Assembly (NCBI GenBank): GCA_944386325.1
Contig: CALXAP010000002.1
Location: forward strand, 63,030 to 127,029
Source: an uncultured Clostridia bacterium
Lineage (GTDB): Bacteria > Bacillota > Clostridia > TANB77 > CAG-508
Reading direction: 5' to 3'
DNA length: 64,000 bases
Shown: positions 10,929-21,474 of the stretch, in pieces
Numbering within the stretch: the stretch's first letter is position 1
How the letters are laid out: each line of letters begins with the position of its first letter
Program-made: the position numbers and the translations under genes
Notes under the pieces: generated by a model
Databases searched by the model: none
The model's input: only the letters and a program-made list of their open reading frames with translations
Told to the model about the DNA's origin: nothing

Positions 10929-12233
10929 CTACCTTACACAAAACACCGCATATAGTGGAATTGATTTTATATTATTCTCAAATCCAAAATTTCTAGTTGA
11001 AAATCTTATTCCATATTTAGGTCTATAATATTTCATATACATATTTAAACTAACTGATCTTACATTATTTCCGCTTTTTACCTCTATTGGAATAATTCCA
11101 TCTTCTTCACTATACAAAACAAAATCTATTTCAGCATTTCTATTAGAAGACCAATAATATAGTGATTCACCTTTAGAACTTATTTCTTGTGCTATATAAT
11201 TTTCTGTAATAGCACCTTTATAAAGAAAAGTTCTATCAAGCATTATATCTGTATATCTTATTTCGCTCATACTTGTTAATATTCCTACATCACTTAAATA
11301 TAACTTAAACATATCTTCATCTATATATACTTTAAGCGGTATTTCCATTCTTTTTGATTTATAATTTATTAAAATCATCCTAGATGCTACTAGCCAATCA
11401 ATTGAACTTTCATATTTTCTTTTTCTTCCTGTTTCTTCTACAAAATTATATTGAAAATTCTTATTTTCTTTAGCTAACTGACTAGGAATGTTTTTATATA
11501 TTTTCTCAATTTTAACAGTTTCTAAACTGCTTTTTACATATTTTTGCATATCTGCAATGTACATATCTTTTATATCTGAAAGAATGTGAGAATCGAATTT
11601 TAATATATCTTGATTATTCTCTATAAAATTGTTTACTGCTTCTGGCATACCTCCCACGCACAAATATTTCCTATATAGTTCTATTGCTTTTTCATGAGCA
11701 AAATCAGGCATTTTAGACATTGATTTATAACATTCTTCTATTTTATTTTTTAACATTTCATTACCAGTAGCTATTAAAAATTCTTCAAAATTCATTGGAT
11801 ACATATATTCTATTCTAATTTTTCCAACAGGAAATGAACTTTTAAACCTATTAATTTTAACACCTAACAAACTTCCTGCACATATTATTTTATAGTTTTT
11901 CTCTGATTCATTAAAATATTTAAGTGATACAATAAAATTTTCGCTTACTTGTATTTCATCAAAAAACATTATTGTTTTTTCTATATCTATCTTTTTACCT
12001 ATATATAATTCCAAATTTTCGATAATCTTTGTATCATCAATTGTTTGCTCAAATATATTTCTTACATCATTACTTTTTTCTAAATTAAAATATAAGTATT
12101 GTTCAAAATTTTCTTTAGCAAATTTTTCTAAAATATAAGTTTTTCCAATCTGTCTTGCTCCTACTACCATTAATGGTTTTTTCATTCCAGTTTCTTTCCA
12201 TTCCATTAATTTATTTTCAAATAATCTTTTCAT
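10929..12233 (-). CDS. AAA family ATPase (DUF4143-type, archaeal-ATPase-like)
   Basis: 434 aa. Walker A VVGARQIGKTYIL near the N-terminus. Overall pattern matches the widespread AAA+DUF4143 ATPase family. Confidence 0.65.
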   Translation of the reverse strand: MKRLFENKLMEWKETGMKKPLMVVGARQIGKTYILEKFAKENFEQYLYFNLEKSNDVRNIFEQTIDDTKIIENLELYIGKKIDIEKTIMFFDEIQVSENFIVSLKYFNESEKNYKIICAGSLLGVKINRFKSSFPVGKIRIEYMYPMNFEEFLIATGNEMLKNKIEECYKSMSKMPDFAHEKAIELYRKYLCVGGMPEAVNNFIENNQDILKFDSHILSDIKDMYIADMQKYVKSSLETVKIEKIYKNIPSQLAKENKNFQYNFVEETGRKRKYESSIDWLVASRMILINYKSKRMEIPLKVYIDEDMFKLYLSDVGILTSMSEIRYTDIMLDRTFLYKGAITENYIAQEISSKGESLYYWSSNRNAEIDFVLYSEEDGIIPIEVKSGNNVRSVSLNMYMKYYRPKYGIRFSTRNFGFENNIKSIPLYAVFCVR

Positions 12234-12427
12234 ACACTTCCTCCATTTTCTTATATTTTAACATACTTTTTTTAATAATCAATAATTTTTGCCACTTTTT
12301 GCAGGATTGTTTTTAAAAAGATTGCCACTTTTCGCAGGGATATATCTGCAACCGATGGTTGCAATGAATAATGAATGGTGAAGAATGAAGAATGAATAAT
12401 TTTAATAATATTTAAATAAATAGAGAA

Positions 12428-12527
12428 GTATAAGAAGGATATATATAATAATTTAGAAGTCAAAGGCATTTAGGAAGACCCCAGCTATCATTTTGACGAT
12501 AAATTATTATATATATCCTTCTTATAC
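12428..12527 (+). repeat. long-stem hairpin element (family G), copy 1
   Basis: 27-bp inverted repeat GTATAAGAAGGATATATATAATAATTT / AAATTATTATATATATCCTTCTTATAC flanking a conserved 46-nt core AGAAGTCAAAGGCATTTAGGAAGACCCCAGCTATCATTTTGACGAT. The same element recurs at 14109 and 38414. Confidence 0.8.
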
Positions 12528-12675
12528 GGTTTGTTTTTTATACAAATTTTTATTTTAAAGATATTTCTATTTATTTTTTATATTATATCAAAATCTAGTA
12601 CTGCAGAGCTATTTTTCAAAATGTTAGACATATAAATTTTAGCTGTAAATAGTTAAATTTTGTTATTTTTCATTT

Positions 12676-13944
12676 TTAAAATTGCAAATATTTTATTATA
12701 CTCTTTGCAGCCTCTCTTCCAGCTTTACTAGCCCAAGCAACTGTACATTTACCACCAATTAAATCTCCACCTGCAAATACACCTTCTATATTTGTGTTAT
12801 AATTCTCATCTACTTTTACATAACCCTTTTCATTTAATTCTAATCCATTTTCTATCGCTAGTTTTTTATTTATTTTTGAACCAATTGCCATTATTACATA
12901 ATCCATATTTATTTGATAATTACTATTTTCTATATTAACAGGATATTCTCTTGTTTCTCCTTCTTTTTTTACTAACTCTGTTTTTATTAATTCTATTTTC
13001 TCTACACGATTATTTCCAATTATTTTTACCAAATTTGCTTTATGTATAAAATTTACTCCTTCATTTTTTGCATCATTAATTTCTTTTGGTTCAGCAGGCA
13101 TTTGCTTTTCTTCTCTTCTATAAATAATATTAACACTTTTTGCATTTAATCTTTTTACAGTTCTTGCTATATCTATTGCTACATTTCCTCCGCCTATTAT
13201 AGCTACATCTTTTCCACTATAATCTGGATGTTCATTATATTTTAACAATTCATTAGCACCATATACATTTTCTAAATCTTTTCCTTCAACATCCATAAAA
13301 CAAGAATTATTTGCACCAAAAGCTAAATATATAGCATCATATTCTTTTTTCAAATTTTCCAAGTTCAAATTTTCACCAAGTATATATCCATTTTTTACAT
13401 TTATACCTAAATCTACTATTTTTTCAATTGTATTATTAATCACTTTTTTATCCAATCTAAAATCAGGTATTCCATAATTTAATATTCCACCTAATTTTTC
13501 TTCTTTCTCATATATTGTAACATTGCATCCGCTTCTTGCAAGAAAAGCTGCTGCAGTAAGTCCACTAGGACCTCCACCTATTATTGCTACTTTTTTATTG
13601 CTTACTAAATTTTCTTTTAGATTTATATTTTTGTCTTTATTTGCATCTCCAACAAAAGACTCTAACAAACCAATATCCACAGGTTTACCCTTTATTCCTC
13701 TTACACAATTTCCTTCACACTGTTTACTGTGCGGACATATTCTACCACATATTGAAGAAAGGACAGTAGTCTCTTGTAAAACATTGAAAGCTTCTTCTAA
13801 TTTATCTTCTTTTACACATTTTATAAATTCAGGAATATTATTTCCTAGTGGGCAACCATTTTGGCATGGCTTTGTCTTACAATTTAGGCAATAATTTGCT
13901 ATTTCCATTATTTCATCTATTTTTTCCATAACTTTTCCTTTCAA
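12676..13944 (-). CDS. glutamate-synthase small-subunit family (GltD/NfnB/SudA-like) FAD/NAD(P)-dependent oxidoreductase with N-terminal Fe-S
   Basis: N-terminal Cys cluster CLNCKTKPCQNGCP...CGRICPHSKQCEGNC, followed by an IIGGGPSGLTAA dinucleotide-binding motif and a second GGGNVAID Rossmann motif. Confidence 0.7.
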   Translation of the reverse strand: MKGKVMEKIDEIMEIANYCLNCKTKPCQNGCPLGNNIPEFIKCVKEDKLEEAFNVLQETTVLSSICGRICPHSKQCEGNCVRGIKGKPVDIGLLESFVGDANKDKNINLKENLVSNKKVAIIGGGPSGLTAAAFLARSGCNVTIYEKEEKLGGILNYGIPDFRLDKKVINNTIEKIVDLGINVKNGYILGENLNLENLKKEYDAIYLAFGANNSCFMDVEGKDLENVYGANELLKYNEHPDYSGKDVAIIGGGNVAIDIARTVKRLNAKSVNIIYRREEKQMPAEPKEINDAKNEGVNFIHKANLVKIIGNNRVEKIELIKTELVKKEGETREYPVNIENSNYQINMDYVIMAIGSKINKKLAIENGLELNEKGYVKVDENYNTNIEGVFAGGDLIGGKCTVAWASKAGREAAKSIIKYLQF

Positions 13945-14108
13945 TATATATTTAATATATTAATTTTATTATACATAATTTTTTCTTTCAATTATTTTGA
14001 CCATTTATTCAGGAAAATTTATTTTTCATATTTTGCTATTTACAGCCAAAATTTTATATAAAGATTTTGATATAATTTTGAATAAGTAGGAAAATTAATA
14101 AATAGAGA

Positions 14109-14208
14109 AGTATAAGAAGGATATATATAATAATTTAGAAGTCAAAGGCATTTAGGAAGACCCCAGCTATCATTTTGACGATAAATTATTATATATATTC
14201 TTTTTATA
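14109..14208 (+). repeat. long-stem hairpin element (family G), copy 2
   Basis: Near-identical to the copy at 12428-12527. The right arm has a few mismatches. Confidence 0.8.
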
Positions 14209-14327
14209 CGATTTATTTTTGATGTGAATTTTTATTTAAAGAAATTTCTCCGAAGCGCGGGCGAACAATGTTCGCCCCTACAAATATATTACTATTTTTT
14301 TATCTAAATGTTCTACTTTATAAACAT

Positions 14328-14891
14328 TTAAAGTAACATTCTCCTCTTTACCTCTTTTAAATCTTTCCAAAAATATATTTTCTTAGTATCATCTCTAAGT
14401 AGTGCAGCTGGATGAAAAGTTGGCATATATAAAATTCCGTTTTTATTAAACCATTTACCTCTTGATTTTGTAATTCCTAAATCTTTACTTAATATAGCTT
14501 TTAATGCAATACTTCCTAACAACACTATTACTTTTGGTTTTATAAGTATAACTTGATTCCTTAAATAATCTAAACAAGCATCTACTTCATCATCTTGAGG
14601 ATTTCTATTTCCTGGTGGTCTACATTTAACTATATTTGCAATATATACTTCCTCTCTATTTATACCAATACCTTGAAACGCCATATTCATAAGTTTTCCT
14701 GCTTTTCCTACAAAAGGGATTCCAGAATAATCCTCGTCTGCTCCAGGTCCTTCTCCTATAAACATTAAATCTGCATTTTTATTTCCCTCACCAAAAACAA
14801 CATTTGTCCTTGTTTTACATAATTTACACTTTTTACACACTTTACAATTCTTTTCTAGCTCTTCCCAATTACTGTACATTTTTGCCTCCAC
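14328..14891 (-). CDS. udg: family-4 uracil-DNA glycosylase
   Basis: GEGPGADED...GIPFVGKAGKLM...NIVKCRPPGNRNP motifs typical of UDG family 4, with the CxxC Fe-S ligands near the N-terminus. Confidence 0.75.
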   Translation of the reverse strand: MEAKMYSNWEELEKNCKVCKKCKLCKTRTNVVFGEGNKNADLMFIGEGPGADEDYSGIPFVGKAGKLMNMAFQGIGINREEVYIANIVKCRPPGNRNPQDDEVDACLDYLRNQVILIKPKVIVLLGSIALKAILSKDLGITKSRGKWFNKNGILYMPTFHPAALLRDDTKKIYFWKDLKEVKRRMLL

Positions 14892-15730
14892 TATTTTATA
14901 TATATTAATGAAACATTTACTCCATACTTTTCTTGTGTTTCTAGTCTTGAAGAATGTAAAATATCTGGATTACACATACTACAAATATTTGAATCTACAA
15001 TATTTTCATCTCTTATATTCAATTCTTTCATTAAAATTTTGTTTATTAATACAGTATCTATATAATATTTTTGTTTATTATTTTTTATATCACCTTTATA
15101 TATTATTTTTTCTAGCATATTTGTATAAGAATACTTATCTTTAAACATTTCCATTACATCTTCATCAACTTCAAAGTGGCATTTTCGTATGCTTGGACAT
15201 ATACAGCATATTATATCAGAAGGATTACTGCCAAATTCTTCTTCCATTTTTATTATTTCTTGTTTTATTATTCCACTTAAAGTTCCTCTCCAACCAGAAT
15301 GAACATTTCCTATAATGTTTTTAGCTTTGTCATATAGCATAATTATAACACAATCTGCATTTGTTGCTGCTAGTACAATATTTCTCTTTGCTGTTATCAA
15401 TCCATCTATTTCATTTAAACTTTTATTTTCAAAATCTGGTTCATTTAAATTTTCTTTATTTCTTATGACTTTAACATTATTACTGTGTGTAAAAATAGGC
15501 TTTACTAAATTATTATAATCCATTCCTAAACTATTAAATATTTTTCTATAACCATTTTTAGCAATAATTATATTTTCTGGTTTTCCTCTTGTTTTTAAAT
15601 TTATTCCATCATTTTTTAATATATAATAATGTTGTATTTTATTATTATATTCTAATAATTTTCTAAACTGTAAATATTTTATACCGTTTTTTTCACCTTG
15701 GATAACATCTTTATTAGTTAAATCTTTCAC
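14891..15730 (-). CDS. pgeF: YfiH/PgeF family (laccase-domain) peptidoglycan editing factor / purine nucleoside phosphorylase
   Basis: Conserved HSGWRGT motif and C-terminal CxxC...H pattern. Overlaps addB by 17 nt and udg by 1 nt (operon-like). Confidence 0.65.
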   Translation of the reverse strand: MKDLTNKDVIQGEKNGIKYLQFRKLLEYNNKIQHYYILKNDGINLKTRGKPENIIIAKNGYRKIFNSLGMDYNNLVKPIFTHSNNVKVIRNKENLNEPDFENKSLNEIDGLITAKRNIVLAATNADCVIIMLYDKAKNIIGNVHSGWRGTLSGIIKQEIIKMEEEFGSNPSDIICCICPSIRKCHFEVDEDVMEMFKDKYSYTNMLEKIIYKGDIKNNKQKYYIDTVLINKILMKELNIRDENIVDSNICSMCNPDILHSSRLETQEKYGVNVSLIYIK

Positions 15731-18700
15731 TTATCTTCTTTAATACCTCCTTTTTGTCCATATATTTTATATAATTATATTCATTATTCTTATTTCTAGT
15801 ATTAAAATTACATATCGATCTATAGTTACAATACTCACATGGAGTTTTTTTAGATTTATCATAAAATGGTTTTATATCTATCTTACCACTCATTATTTCT
15901 TTTCCAATATCTTTTATAGTATCTATAACCTGCTTTTGTAAATTCTTAAAATCATCTTTGTTAATAGCATTAGAAAACTTCTCACTTATATTTCCATCTT
16001 TATCTATATATGCAGGTATATATTGCGAAAATCCTTTCTCTAAATTATTATCCATCATTTTAATAACTTTTACATCTGCTAAAATTAAACCATGCATCTT
16101 AAATTTTTTTCTTATTTCCTCTTCTATTTGTTTTTCATCTGCATTATTTGAAACATTAACTATTGGATCTGTTAAATTAAAATATAATATTCCTGCTGAT
16201 GAATAATTCTCTTCTTTTGTTATACTATCTAAATAAGTTAACAGTTGTAATTGCAAACCATAAACAACTTCATTTAAATCTATATCCTTAACACTAGATT
16301 TATAATCAATTATTCTTATATATTTTCCATCATCATTTTCTGCATAATCCACTCTATCTATTTTACCTGTTATTTCTATTTTTCTATTGTCATCAAGCTC
16401 TATTTTTATAGGAGGATAGTTTCCCCCATTTTTAAATTCAATCTCATTTCCTAATACTTTAAAATTACTATTTTTTAATTGCTCAATTATATAGAAAATA
16501 GATTTTTTAACAACATTTTTTAATCTTTTAGTTAATATAATAAATCTAGTTGAACATGTAAATTTATAATATTTAGCTAAATTCAATTTATCATTTATAA
16601 TTTTATTTATTATATCTTCTGTTTGTTTCATTTGAATATTTTTAATATCTATATTATTTTTATTCACATAATCAAAAAATTCATCTATAACTTCATGCAT
16701 AAATGTTCCAGTATCAACAGATTGTATTTTAAAAGTTTCTTCCTCTTTTAATTTTAATCCATATTTTAAATAAAAAGAATATGGACATTTTCTATATTGT
16801 TCAAGCCTAGATATACTTGTTTTAAGCTCATCTCCATATAATTTTTCTATATATTCTTCATTTATCTTTTCTGGTAAATTAGTATAATGTATTCCTTTTA
16901 AAGCAGTTTTTAGTTTTTCTTTCCACATATTATCCTCTTTATAATAATTATATACATCATACCATATATCATCTATATTATTTCCATCTTTTAGTTTATA
17001 TATATTTTCTAATAACTCATCAAAAGTAGATTCTTTTGTACCAATAAAATTTTCTTTTTTTATTATATCACTTTCTCTTTTTATATTAGGAAAAATATTT
17101 TTTATTTTAGATATTAACACAGATGGTCTTATTGCTTTTCCTTCGTTATTTGTTGATGTATATGAAAGAAATAATCTATTTTCCGCTATTGTTAATGCTT
17201 TATATATATTAAATTGTTCATCATATAATTGCTCTATAGTTGTTTTTGCAATTTCTAACTGTTTACTTCTTAATACCTCTCTATCTTTATTATCCAAAAA
17301 TCCTTCACTCTTATTTACACTTGGGAAAACTCCATCATTCATTCCTATAATAAAACAAATATCTACTTTATGAGTTCTAGATCTTTCAATATCTCCAAAA
17401 ATAACTTGGTCTTGAAAACCAGGAATTGTGCCTAAATCTTTATTTTGTATTCCTATTGTAAGCAATTCTTTATATCTATCAAAACCTATTTTTTCATCTC
17501 CAAATATATTAACAATTTCATCTAATACTTCTACAATTATATTTAAACCTGTTTCATATTCTCTTGCTATTTCTACTTCACCAATTTCTTCTAATCTTTT
17601 TATTTTACTTTCAAGTTTAGAAAGTACATTTTCATTTAAAAAATAATAGATTTCTTTTGAAATAGTTCTTACATTTTTCTCTTCAAAAATTTTATTCTTC
17701 AAATTAATAAGTGGATTAACAATTTTCTTCCTTAATTCATTTAATCTTGTTAAATCTTCACTATCTAAATTTCCATAATTCCAATCTTCTTTATACCACT
17801 TATTGCCTTTTATTCCCCATTTTACACAATACTTTTCTAATACAAAAATATCTTCATTTTCTATATCCAACAAACCTGTTTTAATATATCCAAAAACCGC
17901 TTCATATGACCAATTCTTAGAAAAAATCTCAAGCATAGATATTATTAGTTTAATTAATATATTTTTACTCAAATCTCTTTTTTCGTCTATGTACACAGGA
18001 ATATTATATTTATAAAATATGGCTTTTGCTATAGAATTATAGCTTTCTATATTTTTTGTAATTATTGCTATATCTTTATATCTATAATTTTCATCTCTAA
18101 CTAATTTTATTATTTTCTTTGCAACAAATTCTAATTCTGAATATGGATTCATAGCTAAAAAGATATTTATATTTTTAGTTTCATTTTCAAACTTTTTATA
18201 ATTTATATTATACAAATTATTCTCCAAAAACTTTAGTTCATTATTTTTGAATCTATATAAATTTTTCAGTTCAATAGGTTTATCTATTTTTATATTATTC
18301 TCTTTGGCTATTTGAATAATTTTCATAATGGCTTTTTTATTTGGATAGAACACATCAATTTCTGGCATAGTATTTTCTTCTAATATATCTATACACATTG
18401 TTATATTAACTTGTTTTGCTTTTTTCATTAATTCTTGTATTATTAAATATTCTTGTTTTGTAAAACCAGCAAATTCATCTATATATATTAAAGAATTATC
18501 AAAGCTTTTACTATATTTAATTTTTTCAAATAATATAGTTAATAAATCTATATTATTTATATAATTATTTCTTATTCTCTCTTCGTAATTTTTATATATT
18601 ATATCTATATCATTCAATTTAGTCTTTAAATATATATCATCTATATCTTTTGCAACATCTGCTAATTTATTTTCTGTAACATTATGTTTTTTAAGTTCAG

Positions 18701-19064
18701 TAAATAGTCTATTTATAATATCTACATTTTTATCTGTTTTCCCTAAAAACTTTAGATTTTTTCTTTCTTTTCTTAAAATGTCGTAAATAAGCATAGAAGT
18801 TCCACAATCTGTTAAAACAGTATCTGTAATTCCTCCAACCTCCTGCAACACTCTATACGCCATCCTATTAAAAGTAAGAACCTCTGCATTAATAGTACTA
18901 TTTTCTGTAATAGTATTTAGCAATTTTTGCTCAGCTGTAAAAGAAAACTGCTCAGGAGTTATAATATATATTTTTTCTTCACTTTTTATTCTATCTTTAA
19001 TTTCATTAAAACAATATGTCGTTTTTCCACTTCCTGCTCTTCCATATATTATTCTTAAACTCAT
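15714..19064 (-). CDS. addB: helicase-nuclease AddB (RexB) subunit of the AddAB DSB-repair complex
   Basis: N-terminal IYGRAGSGKTTY Walker A as in AddB. C-terminal RecB-type nuclease with Fe-S Cys cluster (CPYSFYLKYG...IDYKSS...CEYCNYRSICNF). 1116 aa. Confidence 0.8.
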   Translation of the reverse strand: MSLRIIYGRAGSGKTTYCFNEIKDRIKSEEKIYIITPEQFSFTAEQKLLNTITENSTINAEVLTFNRMAYRVLQEVGGITDTVLTDCGTSMLIYDILRKERKNLKFLGKTDKNVDIINRLFTELKKHNVTENKLADVAKDIDDIYLKTKLNDIDIIYKNYEERIRNNYINNIDLLTILFEKIKYSKSFDNSLIYIDEFAGFTKQEYLIIQELMKKAKQVNITMCIDILEENTMPEIDVFYPNKKAIMKIIQIAKENNIKIDKPIELKNLYRFKNNELKFLENNLYNINYKKFENETKNINIFLAMNPYSELEFVAKKIIKLVRDENYRYKDIAIITKNIESYNSIAKAIFYKYNIPVYIDEKRDLSKNILIKLIISMLEIFSKNWSYEAVFGYIKTGLLDIENEDIFVLEKYCVKWGIKGNKWYKEDWNYGNLDSEDLTRLNELRKKIVNPLINLKNKIFEEKNVRTISKEIYYFLNENVLSKLESKIKRLEEIGEVEIAREYETGLNIIVEVLDEIVNIFGDEKIGFDRYKELLTIGIQNKDLGTIPGFQDQVIFGDIERSRTHKVDICFIIGMNDGVFPSVNKSEGFLDNKDREVLRSKQLEIAKTTIEQLYDEQFNIYKALTIAENRLFLSYTSTNNEGKAIRPSVLISKIKNIFPNIKRESDIIKKENFIGTKESTFDELLENIYKLKDGNNIDDIWYDVYNYYKEDNMWKEKLKTALKGIHYTNLPEKINEEYIEKLYGDELKTSISRLEQYRKCPYSFYLKYGLKLKEEETFKIQSVDTGTFMHEVIDEFFDYVNKNNIDIKNIQMKQTEDIINKIINDKLNLAKYYKFTCSTRFIILTKRLKNVVKKSIFYIIEQLKNSNFKVLGNEIEFKNGGNYPPIKIELDDNRKIEITGKIDRVDYAENDDGKYIRIIDYKSSVKDIDLNEVVYGLQLQLLTYLDSITKEENYSSAGILYFNLTDPIVNVSNNADEKQIEEEIRKKFKMHGLILADVKVIKMMDNNLEKGFSQYIPAYIDKDGNISEKFSNAINKDDFKNLQKQVIDTIKDIGKEIMSGKIDIKPFYDKSKKTPCEYCNYRSICNFNTRNKNNEYNYIKYMDKKEVLKKISERFN

Positions 19065-19455
19065 AAACTCACCATAAGTATTTTATCATATATAACATTA
19101 CTCTTCTAGAATTGTGCATAAATTTTTTAAATTATTTATTGTCTTTTTGTAGTATTATATATAGCACAAAGAAAGACTAGAGTGGCATCTCTAGTCTTTT
19201 TTTGTGCCTTTTGATGGGCAAATTATTAAATTATCTTGTATATCAATTATATATTTTTTATTCTTTTTAGTCAACTATTTTTATATAAATCTTCCTGCAG
19301 AATATAACTATTCAGGAGTAGAATTAATATTTTCAGTTTTTCGAGAAATAGCACACTAGAACGGGCGAACACTGTTCGCCCCTACAAATATTATATTAGA
19401 TTTTTTCTATTTCATGTTTTACAGATTTTACCTCTGAATAGTTATCGCAGAATTT

Positions 19456-21474
19456 TTAACTCTTTTCTTTTTTTATTAACTTATTTCCACACATTTTTAT
19501 TATATCAATTATAAAAGTCATAACAACAAAAACAATCATAATTCCAAGTAATGCATTAACATCTGTTTGAACAAATCCAGGACTTGTTCCTATTATAGCT
19601 TCTTTAAATAAATTCAAAGAATATGTCATAGGCATAAATGGATTTATAGTTTGATATCCTTGTGGTAATGTCTCCATTGGAAATGTTCCACCACATGCTG
19701 AAAGTTGAATCACTAAAAATAAAATCGCTATAAATTTACCAACATCTCCAAAATTAACCATTAAAAATTGTATTATACTTAAAAATGCTAGAGATACTAA
19801 TATACATGAACCATAGTATAATAAATTATTATTTACTTCAAAGCCTAATCCTACTTTTAATAATAATCCTAAGATAACAGCTTGCGCTATTGCTATTAAA
19901 AGATATATAAATGTACGAAACGCTCTATTTGGTGCATCTCTTCCAATTTTCTTAAATCTATTATGTGGATCAAAGTAAATACCAACAAATATCATTAGTC
20001 CTCCAATCCACAAAGATAATGACATAAAATAAGGTGCAAATCCAATTCCATAGTTATCCACAGGTTCTACATCCTTTTCTTCTATTTCTACAGCATTTTT
20101 TGTGTATTCACTTAATCCATTTAATTTAACTAATTCTGCCCTTGTTTCCTCTATCGATTCACCTATTTGACTAGTAAATTCATTTTGTCCATTTAATAAT
20201 GTATTGCTTCCTTCTAATGCTTCTTCTGTTCCTCTTTTTAATTCACTAATTCCAGACTTTATTTCTTCAGAACTAGAACTTAAAGTTTCAGTACCTTCTT
20301 TTAAAGTTCTACTTCCTTTTTGTAATTCTTCTGCTCCAGATTTTATCTTATATAATCCATCTTCAATAGTTTTTATTCCAATACTTACTTGTGGCAAAGA
20401 ATTAGTAACATTAGATAAACTTTTTACACTTTCATTCATTACATTACTATTTGTTTTTAATACTTCTCCTAAAGATTCTAATTTTTCTAAACTATTTGAA
20501 TTAGCTAACCCAATTATACTTTCATATATTTCTTTAAACTGTGCATCTGTTAATACTTCTGGATTTGCATTTACATATTTAATTATATTTTCTAATAAAA
20601 TATTAATTTGATTTGTTGCACTATTTACTCCATCTATATATTGGACAATTCCATTATTTAATTCATTTTCCTTTTCTGCTAATGTACTAAAAGATTGACT
20701 AATTTTTGATAAATCCTTTGTATTGTCTGTTAAAGTTTTACTTCCATTATATAAATCATTAATACCAGTACTTAATTTATCTGTTCCATTTTCTAAATCT
20801 TGTGTTGCGTTATCCACAGTAGAAACACCATTATTGAAAATATTATAATTATCTTCTAATGTACCAACACCATTATCAATTTTTTGAACACCTTCTGTTA
20901 AAGTTTTGCTCCCATTTTCTAGTTTTATTGCTGCTTCTTCCACAGTTTCTAATTGTGTTGGTACATCATTTAATTTTTCAGATAAATTATCCACAACCTT
21001 ACCAGTAACTTCTTCTTGAATTTTTACTTCAATTTGTGTTACAGCATTATCTATTATTTGTGAAGCCAAAAAATTAGATTTTTGATTAGGTGAATATGTA
21101 ATACTAGCTATTTGTTTATTTTCTGTTTCTCCACTATTTAATTTTTCTGTAAAATCCTCTGGGATTTCAATTATTGCATAATATTTTTTATTAATTAACC
21201 CATTATTTGCCTCATCTTCATTTACTAATTGAAAATCCATTTGCTTTTCTTCTAATAAATTATCCACAAAGTTATTTCCTAAATTTTCATTATTATAGCC
21301 ACTATCTTTATTAACTATTGCTACTGGTATATTTTCTAAATTAGAATATGGATCCCAAAATGCCTTTAAATAAAAGAAACTGTATATAAGCGGGATTATT
21401 ATTATACCAATTATCATTAATGGCTTCATAATTTTATTTTTCTTAGTTTCTTTATCCATTTTTAAATTAATCAC
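19456..21474 (-). CDS. YhgE/Pip-domain (phage infection protein-like) membrane protein
   Basis: N-terminal TM, then a ~450-aa low-complexity coiled-coil ectodomain rich in N/S/T/E/L repeats, then a C-terminal polytopic ABC-2-like membrane domain. Confidence 0.65.
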   Translation of the reverse strand: MINLKMDKETKKNKIMKPLMIIGIIIIPLIYSFFYLKAFWDPYSNLENIPVAIVNKDSGYNNENLGNNFVDNLLEEKQMDFQLVNEDEANNGLINKKYYAIIEIPEDFTEKLNSGETENKQIASITYSPNQKSNFLASQIIDNAVTQIEVKIQEEVTGKVVDNLSEKLNDVPTQLETVEEAAIKLENGSKTLTEGVQKIDNGVGTLEDNYNIFNNGVSTVDNATQDLENGTDKLSTGINDLYNGSKTLTDNTKDLSKISQSFSTLAEKENELNNGIVQYIDGVNSATNQINILLENIIKYVNANPEVLTDAQFKEIYESIIGLANSNSLEKLESLGEVLKTNSNVMNESVKSLSNVTNSLPQVSIGIKTIEDGLYKIKSGAEELQKGSRTLKEGTETLSSSSEEIKSGISELKRGTEEALEGSNTLLNGQNEFTSQIGESIEETRAELVKLNGLSEYTKNAVEIEEKDVEPVDNYGIGFAPYFMSLSLWIGGLMIFVGIYFDPHNRFKKIGRDAPNRAFRTFIYLLIAIAQAVILGLLLKVGLGFEVNNNLLYYGSCILVSLAFLSIIQFLMVNFGDVGKFIAILFLVIQLSACGGTFPMETLPQGYQTINPFMPMTYSLNLFKEAIIGTSPGFVQTDVNALLGIMIVFVVMTFIIDIIKMCGNKLIKKEKS

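Noticed and set aside
12272-12469. 65-aa minus-strand ORF overlapping the family G hairpin element
   Set aside because: It is made of repeat sequence and short tandem GAATGAA repeats, with no RBS. It is better explained as non-coding repeat DNA.
13523-13894. 123-aa and 61-aa plus-strand ORFs inside the gltD-like gene, and similar antisense ORFs inside addB, yhgE, tetR, aspS, rpoD, dnaG, feoB
   Set aside because: They are antisense to well-supported conserved genes, have biased composition and lack translation signals.
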